Shown here one piece after another: positions 29,506 to 45,264 of a stretch of DNA of 64,000 nt (position 1 is its first letter; each line of letters opens with the position of its first letter). A program made the translations under genes and the position numbers. The stretch comes from Auanema rhodensis (lineage: Eukaryota > Animalia > Nematoda). Location: positions 6,448,001 to 6,512,000 of the forward strand of contig OZ059895.1 of NCBI GenBank assembly GCA_964057225.1, read 5' to 3'. The notes under the pieces were generated by a model. It searched no databases. It worked only from the letters and a program-made list of their open reading frames with translations, and was not told where the DNA came from.

Positions 29506-32500
29506 ACACAAAAAAAAAGAGAGCTTAACTATATATAATAGTTAACTTCGGAATTAGTATAGTAATTGAAACTTTGTATAACTAACCTGTATAATTTTTC
29601 TTGAATAAATAATTAGAAAACTATAGATTGAGTAGTTTAACTAAGCTGCTAACCTGTGTTCAGAAATTCCGTTGGTGATTTTGGGGAAACATTGGAGTTC
29701 ATCATGGGACAAGTTTTTAAACCGCGCTTAGCTTTGGTAACCTAGCTTTATGAGATCATCTGTGGTCATACAGCCAAATCACCAAAGGTAAGCACTTTGT
29801 GTTCAGGGAAGACATTAAATGGAGTAAAAATTTAAAAAAAAATTAAATCACAATCACATCAACACCAATGAAGTTAAAGTGTGTCTGCTGACAGAAGCGA
29901 TTGAAGCAGGAGAAGCAAAAGCATGATTAGCTGATAGATGGCTGGATGGGCCGCCGCCACCCTCGTTGTCGTCGTCGTCGTCGCAAGTCTGAGAGCACTA
30001 CGCAAACAGTACGATGTCGACCTCATGATGACGATGATGACGATGAGGGCGGAGGCGACAGAACCGACAGAACGATAGTTAGGCCAAAGCATCAGATTGA
30101 AAATAGCAAGAGAAGTATGGAGAGAATATTGGGAAGCGATAGTTATGAATAATGGAACTCGGAATTCCAAAATAGTTCGATCACCCACGCCGGACAGGAT
30201 CATGAATTAGTATGAGAATAGTAGACTGAAAAGAAGACGAATTGATAGCGCTGAGAGAACCAGAGATAGAGAAGTCATCAGATGAAGCGAAAAGAGAGAA
30301 AAAGTTGACGATGACGATGATGATGAGAAACTGAAGATCGAACGGAGTCAGTCAAGAGAAAACCACAGAACGATAGACAGAACGGTAGTGACAAGACTGG
30401 TCGAAGTTGTCCTGGAATTTCAACCACCCCCAGCTCGCACAGATCGAAGAATAGAATGTATGAAAATGAATCTTTTTTTTCTTTTCTTCATTTTTAATTG
30501 CTTTCTTTAGATGACATTTAAAGAAAAAAACTAAGATGAAGAATGGTAAATAATAGAAAAATATAGAAATTAATTCATTTGTTTTAAAACAAAAGAAAGT
30601 TTAGTACTTTACCAAAAAGACCTAGACCATGTGTTATGCAAAGTTAGAAATCGTTATAAACAACATCAGAAGAAAACTGACATCTTCTACCAACTTTGAC
30701 ATTTTCATGTTCAAAAAATGTGAAAGTAGCCTAGTTTGACATGGCAAATACTAATTAGAAGAAAGCAAAAAAAGGTAAATCAATTAGGGAGTGGATAAAT
30801 TGGATCAACAGAGACAAACAGGTTGAGGAGTATGGATACCAAGAGAAGGAACTGACGAATATCCGAGCTGTGCCCAGAATTTATGAAGGACTGTAGGTTT
30901 TCCAAGTCCTACAACACGATGATGAAACAGAGTAGCTAGATTGAACCAAGCCAACCAACCAATCAGTCGCCTCTTCAGACTACTACTGATATGGAAATGA
31001 AAAACGCGCAGCGCCGGCCCGGCCCCTCGATCAGTCAGGGGGCGGTCCGTAATGCTAGGAAATACTGTCTGACTGTCTAACTGACTCTCCCATGATTTCA
31101 ACGCTATCATAGCTATACAGTCCAATAGTCGGGTGATCTCCACGATTTAAGTACTATCTTAAAATGGAATGAAACAATAGCTTGTTTCAGTTAGGATCAA
31201 AATCTCGAAAAAATATTCTAGAATAAGCTGCTGTGTCCAAAAGTTTATGCATCTGGTTGGTAGCGCTTTCAGCTGATAACGAGGAGAAAAAACACGGAAT
31301 GCATATAGCAAAAGTCCGTGTCGTTTTCATTGTTATCATGGCCAGCGAACAATTTTGACCATCAGAATCCAATTTCTGACCTGCTGGTTCCATTTGGATC
31401 GTTTTTCTTTAAAGCCCCCGTTGCATATTTGAATTTATTGCAGATAGAATTGGCGGCAAACGTATAGATGATTTCAATGTTTTTCTAAGAAGTTTTAGAC
31501 ACAAAAGTTCGAGAAAAGGGAGAGCATACGCTGGTTGTTGGGTTTGGATATCTACTAATAATAAAAAATAAGAACTATTCATGAAAAAAGAAAACAAAAC
31601 AGATAAAAGCATGAATTATTTGATAAAAAAGGAATTATAAATTTACAACCGATTGTTTAGATAAAATTGCCAATTCAAACCAATGAACTTATTTTCTTAT
31701 AGGGCCAATTACGAAATGATAAAAGAAAATCTGCAAGAAAAGCAATAGAATGACAGGGCTACCATGAAAATAAGCCGAACCTTATCGTCTTGTTTATTTA
31801 AAATACAAATTAGGATAGACATCGTCAGCTTCACTGATTGAACACTGCTACCTCCTCGTTATTCCAACTATCCTCCCAGCCACTCTCTTTACGCTATGCT
31901 ATTATCGCTGTTTAGAACTTCACACTCGTTTTTATCTCGACCGGTTTTCATAGGCGGCACTTTCGTTGTCATCATACTCTTTTCATGCTCTCTTCTTCAA
32001 TTTTGCCCCCATCTACTCTCAACATCGTTCGTCCATTCAGCGTGACCATCGTTGTATATTGCACTGAATATGTTGAAGGCGAAAAACAGTTGACTGAAGA
32101 GGCCTATACGCTAAACTGAGGAAAACGGTACAAGCGTGGAAAGGTGGTTACTAGGGTTCACAGCATGAGCTCGGAACGGTTATAATTCAATTGCCACCAC
32201 ACCCTTCCTTTCAGGCAAATCGGAAGACATCGACGTTGATGAGTCGACGTCAACGTCCTTCCACTCATCAAGTGATGATAAATCAATTCGGGTCTCATTT
32301 CTCTTCTTCTTCTTCTTCTTCTTCTTCTTCATTCTTCATCACAACTGTATTGACAGTCTCTCTCTCTCTCTCTTTAGCAATTCATTCTAGCATTTTCTCT
32401 TTAAGTCAATGATAAGATAATGTTTTGAAATTCATAAGGAATACAATTACAACGAAAATGAGAGAAGGGTAATAGATACTATCAAATTGTGGAAATTTAA

Positions 32501-35320
32501 ACTTTGAAAACAATAGCAATTCAGCCTCCTTATTACTCTAGCTGATCAACGAGAACGTGAAATTTTCATTGCGAAACACAAACAGACAAATCATTGAAAA
32601 ATCACATATTAGGTCGCGCACGAAAACCCATCTACAACAAGAAATAATCCAATATCAGGTTCACAATTCCTACATATATTGTATATCGTAAGAGACTTCC
32701 CTCAAATTCGATCATTCCCTAACTTTTTCTAACTGTGTAGGACATGTAAATCACTTCTTCATGCACTTTTTTACAAACACATTGTTTCCAAACAGAACAA
32801 AGAGCCATCAGTATCTTAAAGATGATATGAAGAAACAATTTCAATATTTATGACGAAATATCTCCTTGGGTTTATTCATATCTTTTTCTCTGTTTTCTCT
32901 CCCTCTCTTCTCAAAACTGTATATAAAAACTATTATATAATCACATGTTGCCATCATATCTTATGAGCAATAGAGGCACAAGTTGTAAATCGTGCAGCAA
33001 TCAACCATCATCAGTTACGTCAATTCTTCAGATGTCATCGGGTCATCAAATCCAAATCAACCCTAAAAGGTATAATACTGTCCTATAGCCGAAGGTTATG
33101 CGAATACTTTCGTATCTTGCCTTCCCGAAACAATCTAGTATTGACGGTCAGTGTCCGGAAGCTATTTTTATGAAGATTATATTTGTCAAGCTCAGAGTTT
33201 CATGCAATTGCATAAATACGGTACGCTTAAATATATTCCTCTCTCTTTTCACTTTACCCAACCAAGTTGGCACATGAAATCAAGTAAAATTTGGCAAAAC
33301 CTGATCTGACAGTGCCCATAAAAACGAAGAACGACAAATGACACAAATAAGGAAATTCCTAATATTGCATCTAACTTCGCAATAAGGAAAATGAATGTTA
33401 TGTTTGCTTAAACAAAACAAAACTGAAAAAGAATAAAATGTGTCAAACCCAAAAAAATCAAATATTTGCAACTATTTTTGCATAAATAAGCTAAGAAATT
33501 ACCGATTTATAGGTTAGACTATGAATCGTCAGCTTGGTACAACAACAAAAAATACAATTTTGTTTTTAAAAAAACAGCATTTGTCCTTGCTTCCGTTTGC
33601 AATAAAAAATCTGGCTTTATGTCGTCTTCCAACTGTTTCATATAAAAGGAATGTCATGGCTGGAAATTGCTTTCCAGAGTATTTTGAATCAAAAAAGGGC
33701 ATTGTTTTTATCATCACAATGGATCTCCCGCCCTTCAGCTGAGTCAGACTTATCTGCTCTCCAATGTTTCAAAACTAAGAATTTCATTTTTCGCAACTTC
33801 AATTTCATTTTTGAGTGCACAAATGGAGACAATGAAAATTTGAATAAAAAAACTTGCAAGACCTAGGGTCCAATTAGATATTTTATCATTTGGACCATCT
33901 AGACATGGGAACATCAGTTTGAGTAATCTACTACACTATCCCAACTCATAATAGCGCTATGATATAAAAGAAATATAAATAATCAATAAATTACGATAAA
34001 ATCATATTTTCGATCGACATTTCTCCAGATTTGGCAAGAAATCTCGACAATCTAAAAACTAATCCGACCCAAATTTGTCTTGACCGCTTAGAAGAAGAGA
34101 GATTATTATAAGGGTAAAGATTAATAATAATTAAAGTATTAATTATCCTACAGAGTACATAGTACTCTAAACTTAAATCGAAACATATACTTTAAAACTA
34201 AATATGAATATGCACTCAATGTTCTGTAAGGTAAAATATGACAAGAATCAAACCAGATCAAAAATATATAATGAATACATCAACTACATAAGACCGGATA
34301 TGTAAGGAATGTAGGATTCATATTGTTCTGTCTACTTGATTCATAAGCATATGTAGCAAGTTTCTCTCCTTTCACAAGTTTTTTTCTCTTAGCCTCTCGA
34401 ACCACCTCTCTTTCAGCATACTTGCACATACCAGTAAGCACGTAAACTACACAAAACCAAATTAAACATATACAATAGAACAATTCCTGAAGGCATAAAG
34501 ACTTTGGAAATTGAAAGAGTCCATCACGCAGAATAATACAAACGAATGATAAAGCTCTATTCGAATAAAAATATAGTTAAGCCAATATTGTTGAGATATC
34601 AACAACATTTTTTAATTTGCTTAAACTATTTTCATATTCAACGATTTAACAAAAAAAATAAAGATTAATATAACAACTAAAATGGAAACCAACCGCTTCG
34701 GCATCACATATCGATCAAAATGAAAACTATAATTTTGAAGTGTGCATGATAACGTAAATATTCCAATTAGTCATAAATTCACCAATTCCCCCTGAGAAAA
34801 TGTATCAGGTTCCCATGCAAAAATCAAACTTTCCCGCTACATCTTAATATAAATTTCAAACTACATTAATTAAAAATAAATAATTTGAAATTAATCTGAA
34901 AATTCACCGGATATTATGAATAAATTTTGAAAAAATAATTAAATTAAAATTTAAATCTTTTAACACAATTATGAGTTAATTGCACATTTGTTTTGTTAAC
35001 ATTTATTTAACAAGCCAAAAAAGAAAAAATAAACTTAACAAGACCTGTAAAAAAACAACTACAAGCTGCAAGCATTGTGTGAAGACGAGAAGATCAAGGC
35101 ATAACCAAAGCTAGAGAAGAAAAAGCTTATAAAAAAACGAAGACTCATCAAATATCAAACACTAGGAGTTGGCATTGTTCTGAAGAAGAACTCAAGTTAA
35201 GGTTGCTCAGGAGACAAGAGTGAGACAACTTCCAGAAAATTAATTATTTGAATATAGGTCAATTTAAAAGACACTGAACAAATTAAGAAATCAGAATGTG
35301 ACTATTCAATCTTAAAGTAC

Positions 35321-36696
35321 TTAGGCAGACACGGCGCCAGCAGCTCCTTGTTGTCGTTTTCTAACTCCATGATTGTAGACATGAGCAAGATTGACCTCAG
35401 TGGTGGTTATTTGATCCTTTACATAATCCAGTTCCTCTGTTAGTTCAGCGATTTGCTATAATCCGATGGATGAATTTATTTTAAGTAATTATTTCGTTTA
35501 TCCCTCAGCACAGGATATCGCATGTTACACATACCTTGTCTACTGTGGTCTTATTCTTAACCAATAGCTCTTTAGCTTTATCTAATTCAAATTCAACCAT
35601 AACATTAGCTCCAAGCCAGATTCCAACCTGAATGAATTGAATTAGATTTTGGAAGCAAAATAACAAATAATTATCTAAAAAATTAAGCTTTCTTGGAGCC
35701 TTCGATAAGTTCCAAGACTTAACCCAGTATTAAAATAACTAAAATAACGGGATATAGTATAGCTTAGCTTGGTGGAGATTTTATTCTTCGCGATTAAAAT
35801 GCTCCTGGTTAGCTCATTTACGGGATAATATCTATATCCGTTAAATCCGGCACTTGGGGAAGATTACAGCTATGAGCGAGCAATATATAACAGTTTAAAA
35901 AATATTTGAGTTTTTGGTAAATAATTATTTCTCTATCTATATTTAAAATAGTGCACTTGAAATATTTTACTTATTCCAATCAAAGAAAAATCAGGAGTAA
36001 GTACCCACGGGGAATTATATTTTGTCACTAGTTCTTCCATCTTTTCCGCAATACTATTACAATAATATTCTCTACCTACCTTATCAGGGTTAGTTACTTT
36101 AGCCTTAGTGTATACCTCCTCAGCTAGTAAATAAGTGGTCTCAAAAGATTCCCCCTTTTCCTGTAAATGCAAAGTTATAAACTGGGAAAGAATGACCAAC
36201 GAACTTTCTTCTCTAACAGAACTTCAAGAATACCAAGACTGTTGGCAAACTCAGGGATTTTTTCTGATAATCTGAATTACACTGTTAAGTATAATAAATT
36301 ATTAAAATAGAATACCTAGCCTTTTGCTGTCGCATGCTATTCTCGATAAATTTATATTTTTTGTATTTCTCATCCATGAGCTTAACAGCTTCTTCAACTG
36401 ATAATTTTTCCTTGCTAAGCCAAGAATCAACATCTTCCTGAAAATAAAAAAATTAGCCATTATAGTATAAGCTTAAGAAGTGAAAAGTTCTTTTTTGTTT
36501 TCCGATTTCATAAGTACATAATGAAAAAATATATAAATAGTACCAAATGAAGCAAACAATTTTTTTCTTTCAAGTTTCACAATATCACAAAATATTACTT
36601 AAAAAAGTCTGAACGAAAATATTCAGAATAAAAATGAATGAAACTTACAACTACTTCCATAGCAGGAATGCCACGCTTGCTTGCAATATCTGTCAT
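35321..36696 (-). CDS. pfd-3: Prefoldin subunit 3 (VBP1), multi-exon
   Basis: RGIPA..., DEKYKKYKFIE, TTYLLAEEVYTKAKV, VGIWLGANVMVEF, KDQITTTEVNLAHVYN. Confidence 0.93.
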
Positions 36697-37616
36697 TCTA
36701 AAAATATATATGTTATTTTTTTCAATTCTTAGACAACAAATGAATTAAAAAATATAAACATAATTAAAGTAATATAACGACGTTATTTCCAGAACATAAT
36801 TTAATATTAGTATGTACGCAATGTACGCAATTTTATAATGAAAACGTCCTTATTTCTAATGCATGGCTGTTGTTAAAATAAATACGCAATCCAATAAAAA
36901 TAATTTCAAATAGGAAAAAAATACCCATTGAAAACAAGCAATTTGAAGTTATACAGAAATATATTTATTTCATACTTCTTTCTAAGGATTATATGGATTT
37001 ACTTTATAATCATCTTACAAAATTTGGACAGAGCTATAGTACATTTTGAATATGTATTTGCATTGTTAGGAAAAGGTTCGCAGAACTATGCATTTGCTTG
37101 GAAATCGGTTAATATAATCTAGTGTAAGATGTTATTATATGGTGTTAGCATCTAAAAATAATTGAATATATGTTGTTTCGCCATAAAAACCACCTTTAAT
37201 TAATTTTACTCGATTTACCGTGAAGCTATTCATAGAATTTCTTTTCTTAGTTGCTTATTCTTGCATGAAATAGCCTGATGAAATATGTAATAAACTTTTC
37301 CAATTTATAACATATATTCATAGAAAAACAAAAAATAAGAAATTAAATTGCCCACTAGCTAGACAACTAAATAAATGTCAACTAAATAAAATTGTGTTTC
37401 ACCATTAAATTTCGCCTATATTAGTATATCGTATCGTAATCCATTGTGATTCTGAATAATTATATATTGAACTATATATTTGAATTGTTGCTGAGAATAG
37501 AGATAATAAGAGAATGATACTTTATGATCTGCTTCTGTCTGAATACTATCTCTAAATTCCAGTTCCATTTAGGTTTATCACTTATATTCTCAAGATATGG
37601 ATAATATAGATAATAT

Positions 37617-37619
37617 GAG

Positions 37620-37678
<59 letters not shown>

Positions 37679-37690
37679 CATATATATATT
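37617..37690. repeat. (TA)n microsatellite
   Basis: Direct inspection. Confidence 0.9.
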
Positions 37691-40020
37691 CTTTGTAGAA
37701 AACGAAATACCACGAACATGTTATTCAGTCTTTTATTAGTTTTTACTTTATTCTATAACATTAAAGTTGACAATTTTGCTTCCTTTTAAGCTTTTTCAAG
37801 TTCTTTACAATATTCAGAAAAGAAAACCGTTGATTTGATGGAAGTAATAGATTCTGAGTTTATTTTGTGAGGTACTCAAAAAGAACGATCCCCAAAAATT
37901 CTTATCGAGACCCCTTTTCACAAAAGAGAAGGAATGAGAGGGGAAGCTATTATGCTAGGCACGGAGAGAGATAGTGGGGAAACAGAGACTGCTAACACCC
38001 CACATTTCCTCACAATACTGGTTATCGTCCAGTTCTATCAGTACCGGATTAGAGCAAAGACAGACAGCAAAAGACCCAATCAATCGGCATCTTCTTCATG
38101 GACTTCATTCTTTAGTATTCGTCATTTTCTTCTGATCTCCTTGTTCTGAAGAAAACTCGAATAGCAGGAATCAGATTAAGCACAAGCCGAGACTTCATTT
38201 GGACTGTGTACGATCTTTGTACCCTCTGCCTTCGAAAATTGAACAAAGTGCAGGGAAGCCGCATGGATAAATCCTCAAGAGGCTTCGCTCGAGCACTAAC
38301 TTAAATGCGTAGGCTGCCTTCTAATTAATGCTGCAGGTCCGCTTTGAGTGCTTTGTGAGTGTTCATTCTTATTTCAACAAAATATAATGAAAACCATTCA
38401 GGCAGTTTGCTTCTGTGACACCATATGCAGAAATGCCCTCAAGTTTTCAGATGGCCCTTGAATAGATTGAGCGCATCGTCAACTGTTATCGATATTCTTC
38501 TACACATGACTCCACTCATAGTCTGTCAGCCATCAGTTTAGCTGATCTATCTGTCTGTCCGTCAGCCAGTCGTCTGAAGGCCGCCTGCTGCCCATAGACT
38601 GCTCATTCATTTTAAGTCTTTTCACTTCTCACCACGAATACCCCTTCTCACCAAAGCCTTTACCCTAACAAGAGCAGGAGTAGCAACAGCGGCGCGCCTA
38701 TTCAAGAATCGTAACACGATTACATCGCATCGATCGTTTCAACCCCTTTCCCAATAGAAAACGAAGAATAGGAAAAGTGAGAAGGTTGCATATATGTATT
38801 CTTCTCCATAAGACGATTCTATTTTTCAACTCAACACCAAAAACTCACCTTCAAAGACTTCGAAACTTGACCATAGAATTATTCATTCAACCCCGGAAAA
38901 ATAATATCAAATAAGGCAGACTGACACTTTCAGATGCTGTCTCTCCCAATAATAGAAGTTCTTCTGACATGCTCCAATCATTCTATAGTTCTACTAGATC
39001 AAAGAAACTCAATTAAACAACAGAAGCGCAGTTAGTCATTTCATCCTATCACCAACTGGCCCTTTCTCTATTAACGTCTTTCATCACTGGCAAGCCGATG
39101 TCATCATCAACGTCGTACACTGGTAGACAGCGTAAAACGACCTCTGGACCCGTACTCGGTTTCTCTACAGCTTTCATTAAATAAAAATTTGGAGAGATAT
39201 GAACGATTTTACTACGAAAGAAAACTGTAAAAAAGGCAATCAGTCTTGGATATTCTTAAGCTAAAGTGAATTTATTAAGTATCAAAGATCTAACAATTAC
39301 TTCTTGAGAAGTAACTCCGAAATAATATTATAAGAGACATCAAGAATAGAATACGAATACTTATTGCAGAACGTCAGCTTTATGAATAATTATGATCTAC
39401 AATGAAATTAAGCAATGAAGAACATGCCTGGAGCTAATTGAAGCAATTTCACGACCTGTATACTCTCTCAGTTAAATACAGTGCTTTCCGAAACTGGATT
39501 TTGTAATTTGGCGAGATGTAGAGAGAAATCCACATTAAAAGCCCTTTCCTATGTAATATATGCTATAACAATTGATACAAACAGTTTAAAATTATGAAAG
39601 GATTTAACAAGGACTTGGTCCTATTGTTTGATTTCACGGGTCTACATGAAAGAAAAAACTTTATGTACTCTACGATAGCTGTTGCTATTAACTAAGTTTT
39701 TTGATAGATTAGAACATTGGTCATTAGATCTTACAGTACACAACAGTTTTTACAATCTAGTTGTTTTCTTATCTCACATGATATTATTCTGTTTTAATTA
39801 TATGAGCGTTGCTGCAATCAGGAAACCTTATATAAGCTTTAATTAACCGAAATCTAAGAGATCCTACAATTTCAATAATTTTAAAGAAAATAATCATAGC
39901 TTTCATCAATTCTCGTCTATTGGCTTCTTTCAATTTGATTACTGGCATTGAAGAATTTCACAGAGTATTATTTTTCTTGCAAAGCAGTTAAGATAAATAT
40001 TTTCTACAAGATTTTACAAT

Positions 40021-40161
40021 TTAAAATTGCTTCACAATATTTTACTTGAATGTCCATCACCTCACCGCATTAAGAAATCAACCGGTTTTCCAGTTTCCAC
40101 GATAACCGGGCTGTCTTTCACAGTACAGCGGGGTGCTTGTGCTATTCGGAATTACGTAAAA
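40021..40161 (+). repeat. Inverted repeat copy A (~140 bp)
   Basis: Reverse complement of 45265-45399 with a net 6-nt indel and one substitution. Confidence 0.85.
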
Positions 40162-43100
40162 TGAGAAACGTAGGACATGGAAAGGACAATTCTCTCTTCA
40201 AAAGAATGCTGACGCATGTGGTCATAACGAAGTGAAGAGGAATTTAAGAGATGAAACATCGCAGGTTTCCGGAAGCGAAAAAATTCGTCATGCAAACTAG
40301 AAAAGGAATCATCTGCCCTCTTTTCAGTTGTTTGTAACACGAAAAATGGTTAACAAACTTGAAGCAAACTAGCAGAACTAAAGCATTCTCTTTGATACCC
40401 TATACATTTGCCCTTCAGTCGTATTTAACCTTTTTACGTACGTTTATTACTTTACAAAAAATGAACTAAGATTAAAGCAAATACATGTTAATCAAATACT
40501 ACTATATCTTAGGATTACTTAAACTATTAGCAATGTTGTGAACTCTGGAACATAGCCATAACCTTCTTCTTGTTTACTCAAACTCACCCCTACGTTCCAA
40601 CTCTATATGCTGTTTATAAATAAGTAATACTTCGAGATAGTTCAACAATTAAATTGCAACAGCCGAATCTGAATCTTGTTCTGATGCAGACTCCCGACGG
40701 GACTCTCCAGCTCGTCCGTCATACGATCGCATCTGGGTTTTCGCTCCTTTTACCCTCTAGGGATCATGATCTACAGGCCGATCGAGAGTGGGAAAGGAAA
40801 AGAGCAAATTGTAAAGAAGTTCTTGGTAATATTGCAGTATATGTCAGTATCGCCGATTCTTCTACCAGCTGCCGGATTTCATTTTTTTAAACCATGCGTG
40901 GGTACAAATTTCCATGAACTGCAAGGCAACAACAGATGCCCATAAATAACAGCAACGAGCCTAATTTAGCTTTATTTCTATGCGGATTATGACCATTCAA
41001 TGATTTTCAATCTTTTCACAGACAGCAATTTTCTATAATGTGTACCTGCGCACAGCTGGCTTCATTTAGCCTTTTCCTTCCAAAACCCTGTGCACTGTTC
41101 TTATTTCTTATATATACATTATAATAGTGAGAGATTTATTTTAAATAGATATGTAATATATAATCTCGGAAACACTTTATTATACTGGAGTTTCATTAAA
41201 ATTGTAGCAAAAATCATTCTCAATAGTCGTGCTATAGCCTGCCATTCAGAGCTAGCAAAACGTTTATCTATAATAGCTTAATCTTTGCTTATTCCATATT
41301 AATTTACGGCACAATGACAAAGGCTACGAAAACTAAAAAGTTCAAATTCGGTCCCTATTACCCCAGCATGATCTAAGCTCTTACTGAAGTTCGTAATAAA
41401 AAAAACTAGGCACGACCCTGCGCAGCGGTATGTAGGTAAATTAGTGAGTAACGAGGTGTGCTGAGTGAGACAAGCCAGACTTACGCCATACAAACGAACT
41501 ATGTGAGCCAAACAATCCACAAAGGGGTCGGCCGAGGTCAAGTAAGCATTCTCCACGGCCTGAGCCTCAAAGATGCTGAGAGTAAAGAAGTGGGGAAACG
41601 AGACGGACAAATACTGTTGGTTAACAGTCGGCAAATGGGCGGGTAAATGCAAACGCATTTCCGTTTCCTTATCCAGAAAGCAAAGAAATTGAACCGCCGG
41701 CCGCGGAAGCCCATTTCTCTCTGGCGCTCGACTGCATGCCACAACTATGTGGCTTTACAAACAAAAATGACTGTCAAGTGGAAATAAGAAGGAGGCACGT
41801 TACTCGCCATCACGATGATGAAAGTTTGTCTTTCACAATAATAACAAATATATGTCCAAATACATTCTTTTGACGACCATACTCATAAGAGATTTTGCCC
41901 AAACAGCCTATCAGATAACGCGGAATAAACGCAAGGTCTATACACAAAGTTTGCACTATCAACACCCATATGAAAGCGCACATACTCGTAAAAATACCCT
42001 ATTGTATAGAAAGATTGATCTTCCGCTGCATTTTCTCCAATTCACATGCATACATATTAAACCTCTCATACATTAATTCTGTTTAGCAATATAAGTCTAC
42101 TCTATTAAATTACAATCAATCAGAATAGCAGGATAATTCATTGCTAACGAAAACCTATACATGGAATATAATATGAGCATCATTAAGCTTTCATAAAATC
42201 TAGCTTTCGCAATAAAATCGAAAAATTATCAAAGAAAAAACTGTAATTGGGCAGAAAGAACCGCCTGTTGTAAACTGTTATCTTGAAATGTACGCAATGT
42301 ACGTGATCAATCGTAGATAGGTAATTCAAAGTTATTTTTCTTGCTAAACTTGTAGTGAACGGTTGTTATAAATGTCAACAAAATTTACATATTTTTGGTA
42401 TGCACTTAGTGCTTTAAACGGTTCGGCTTGGTCTTTAATTTCATTTATGTTTTTTATTTTCTTTTTCTGTTTCTTTGTCAAGAATGTATGATAATGACCC
42501 TTATTCAAGTATTTGGCGGTTCATGAAGAGAAAACACGATCGAACATTCTAAGAAAGCGCTCTATATGGCAATAATGAATTAACCGGAGGCAGGATGCTC
42601 GTGTATTATTGTGTTTTCGTCTATTGGGACTGCTCTTCACACAAATTGTTCTATTCGATTTTGAATTCTCTCATTTGTCGATCCTATTTCATTCATTCTA
42701 TTGATGCATCACACAGTCTTCGCTGTTCATTAACAAAGCTCTTCTTTCTTCTTTATTTCATGCTTTTGCTAGCGAAGAAAAAGAGCAGAATATGACAACT
42801 CGGAACGTTGAACCAAATCATTACCAGAACAAAGAAGTATATGAATTCGTGGCTTTCCGGTCGCTCCATTCGCCGTTGTTCTCTCATATACTGCCTGGGG
42901 CGTTCTACAGAGCTTTAAAGCTTTTTCTTATCTAAACGGCTTTTCAACATTCAGTTTGCGGCTAATTCGCATCTCCGCGCTTCAGTGCTTACTAATACCC
43001 CATCTTTCACGGACACCAATCGCTCAAGCAACTACGAATACTCAAAAGTTGCTGGAGCAGATCCCGCGCCAATTTTCGCTTCAATCGGCGCCAATTTTCA

Positions 43101-45264
43101 GTGAATAGCTGTCTGCGTTTCTTTAAAGCAGGGAGAACCTGAATAGCTCGTCAATTTTCATCATACAATTTCACTGGCATCCTCTATTAAATATATTGAT
43201 TTCATTTAGTTGTACAGTGTACCCCTTAAGTTCGAGTTTTTAAACTTTGGACAAGTCAATCAGATGTAAAATTTGCTCTGCGCCATCAACGTCCTTAAGA
43301 AGACTGACAATGATTACGTCAGACCTTCGGTAATTACAATTGTGCCTTTTGACCTAACAAGAAGAGTCCGTCAAAAGATATTGAATAACAACTCCCCCAA
43401 TAAAATGAAGATGAAAAACTATTGTGTAGATGTAGAAAAAGATTAAATAGGTCCCAGCATGCCTTCTTTTTCTTTAAAAAGTTGAAAATAGAAGTATTAT
43501 TATTTCGATTCCACAGAGATTCATAGAATCTTATTAGTCGTACTTAAATACTTTTTTTTGGTTTCTAATTCACTACAGTCTGCGAAACGCAGGCTTCGAA
43601 ACAGCAGTGTTGAATTCAGCCCCCCTCTCCTTTCTGTCGGTCCCTCGCGCCCGCTCTCCAGCAATATGACGACGGAGTGAATCGGCTGGGCAGCAGAACG
43701 AACCGAATAAACGAATAGCGAAATAGCATGGCAATTGGGTTAAACGCAGATGGTGCGAGACGAAGATAGAATGGGCAATGGTGGAGGGCTATAAACTGAA
43801 GGGTGCTTTAGACTGTGCGCCTAATGAAGAGGACATAGACGGCTAGAAAAACCGCTGAAATATCTGACGAGCATGCGTCTAAGAGACGAGAGAGTGGTTG
43901 GATGGCTTAAGAAGAGCAGTGTTGAAATGAGAGAGCGGAGAAAACAAATATGCTGAAATATATGTTGTTATACAGAGACGATAGACATGACATTGCTCGA
44001 GAGAGTGAACATAACATGGATGGACCAGAGGTCCAAGAGCGGCACTTGGCCGTAAGGGGCTCCGGCCGGCGGGAATAATGCATTACGGGTATGCAAATTT
44101 GTCCATCTATCTACCAACGTCGACAGATCGATCATTTGAGTATGTGCATTGTGAAGGATAAGAACTAGGACTGACAAAAAGCTTAGAGTGAGTGAAAGAC
44201 AGACACGAAGACAATTTCCAGACATACAATAAATTCCTTCAAACAGATACAGCCAATTGGACTTGATGACGCAATCAGGTCCATGAATTACTGAATTGTC
44301 TACCAACTATCTAGGTTTATAATCAGAGATGATGACGACATCATTATTGATGACAACATCATCGAGTAGATCGTCCCTGTAATAGACGATCAAGTAGCTT
44401 GTTACTACATGCTTGGAACCCATATGGACACGGAGAGGATTAGTCTTCAACATTGACGTTATATTATTGGAATCATCGTCAACTCTAATGCCTAATGTTG
44501 CTTTAAACCTCTTCAAAACATGCAGCCTCTTCGAGTTCTTTTGCTGTTGAATGCTTGATTGCATTGCATAAATTCGTTTTATTCAGCTGACGCAGCAAAT
44601 TACAACATTATTAGCTGATGAGAAGTAGTGAAACCAACGTCAAGGGACGCATAGCTTATAACAGATTTCGATGCCTAGTGACGGATGATATGCGGGCTCA
44701 TGAACAGTGAGTACGATGTGTCCTATTCGATAATTCTTTCAATCCAATCAGCTATTCAGTACAATCGCCCTGTAATATTTGATTGAAGTGGCACAAAGTC
44801 GTCCTAAAACTGCTCCATTGTCTCACCGAGCCGATAAAGGTCACTGAATAATCGCGCTCTAGTGCACAATTTATGCGTGACCCCTATGAGTTAGTATGAA
44901 AGGAGTTTGTCCATGAGGGAAGTCAAGTTATACCAAACTCATAGTAATTGAATGGTAAATTGCAGTTGTGCCAAAGAATCTCGTCCTTGGCAACACCAAA
45001 AAAACGGAGAACACTATGAAATAAGTTCTGTTCGACAAAACTTAATAAATATGCTTCAAACAAAATTATGAGCAATTACACCTGGATGGGAATCCCTTAA
45101 TAGCTACAAGAAACAGAAAACCCGAATACCTTGTCCATTTTCAATCGTTTTCATGTAACTATCGTTACTGCAGCCCCTCGATTGAACGGTGTTGTTGGGT
45201 AACACTAGTTCTGATTGACAGAAAATGCAAAGATTGCACTTTACTTTCGGAATAGGTCCCGTAT

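Noticed and set aside
29874-30450. ORFs in GAT/GAC-rich sequence
   Set aside because: Low complexity, no consistent splice structure, no homology recognised.
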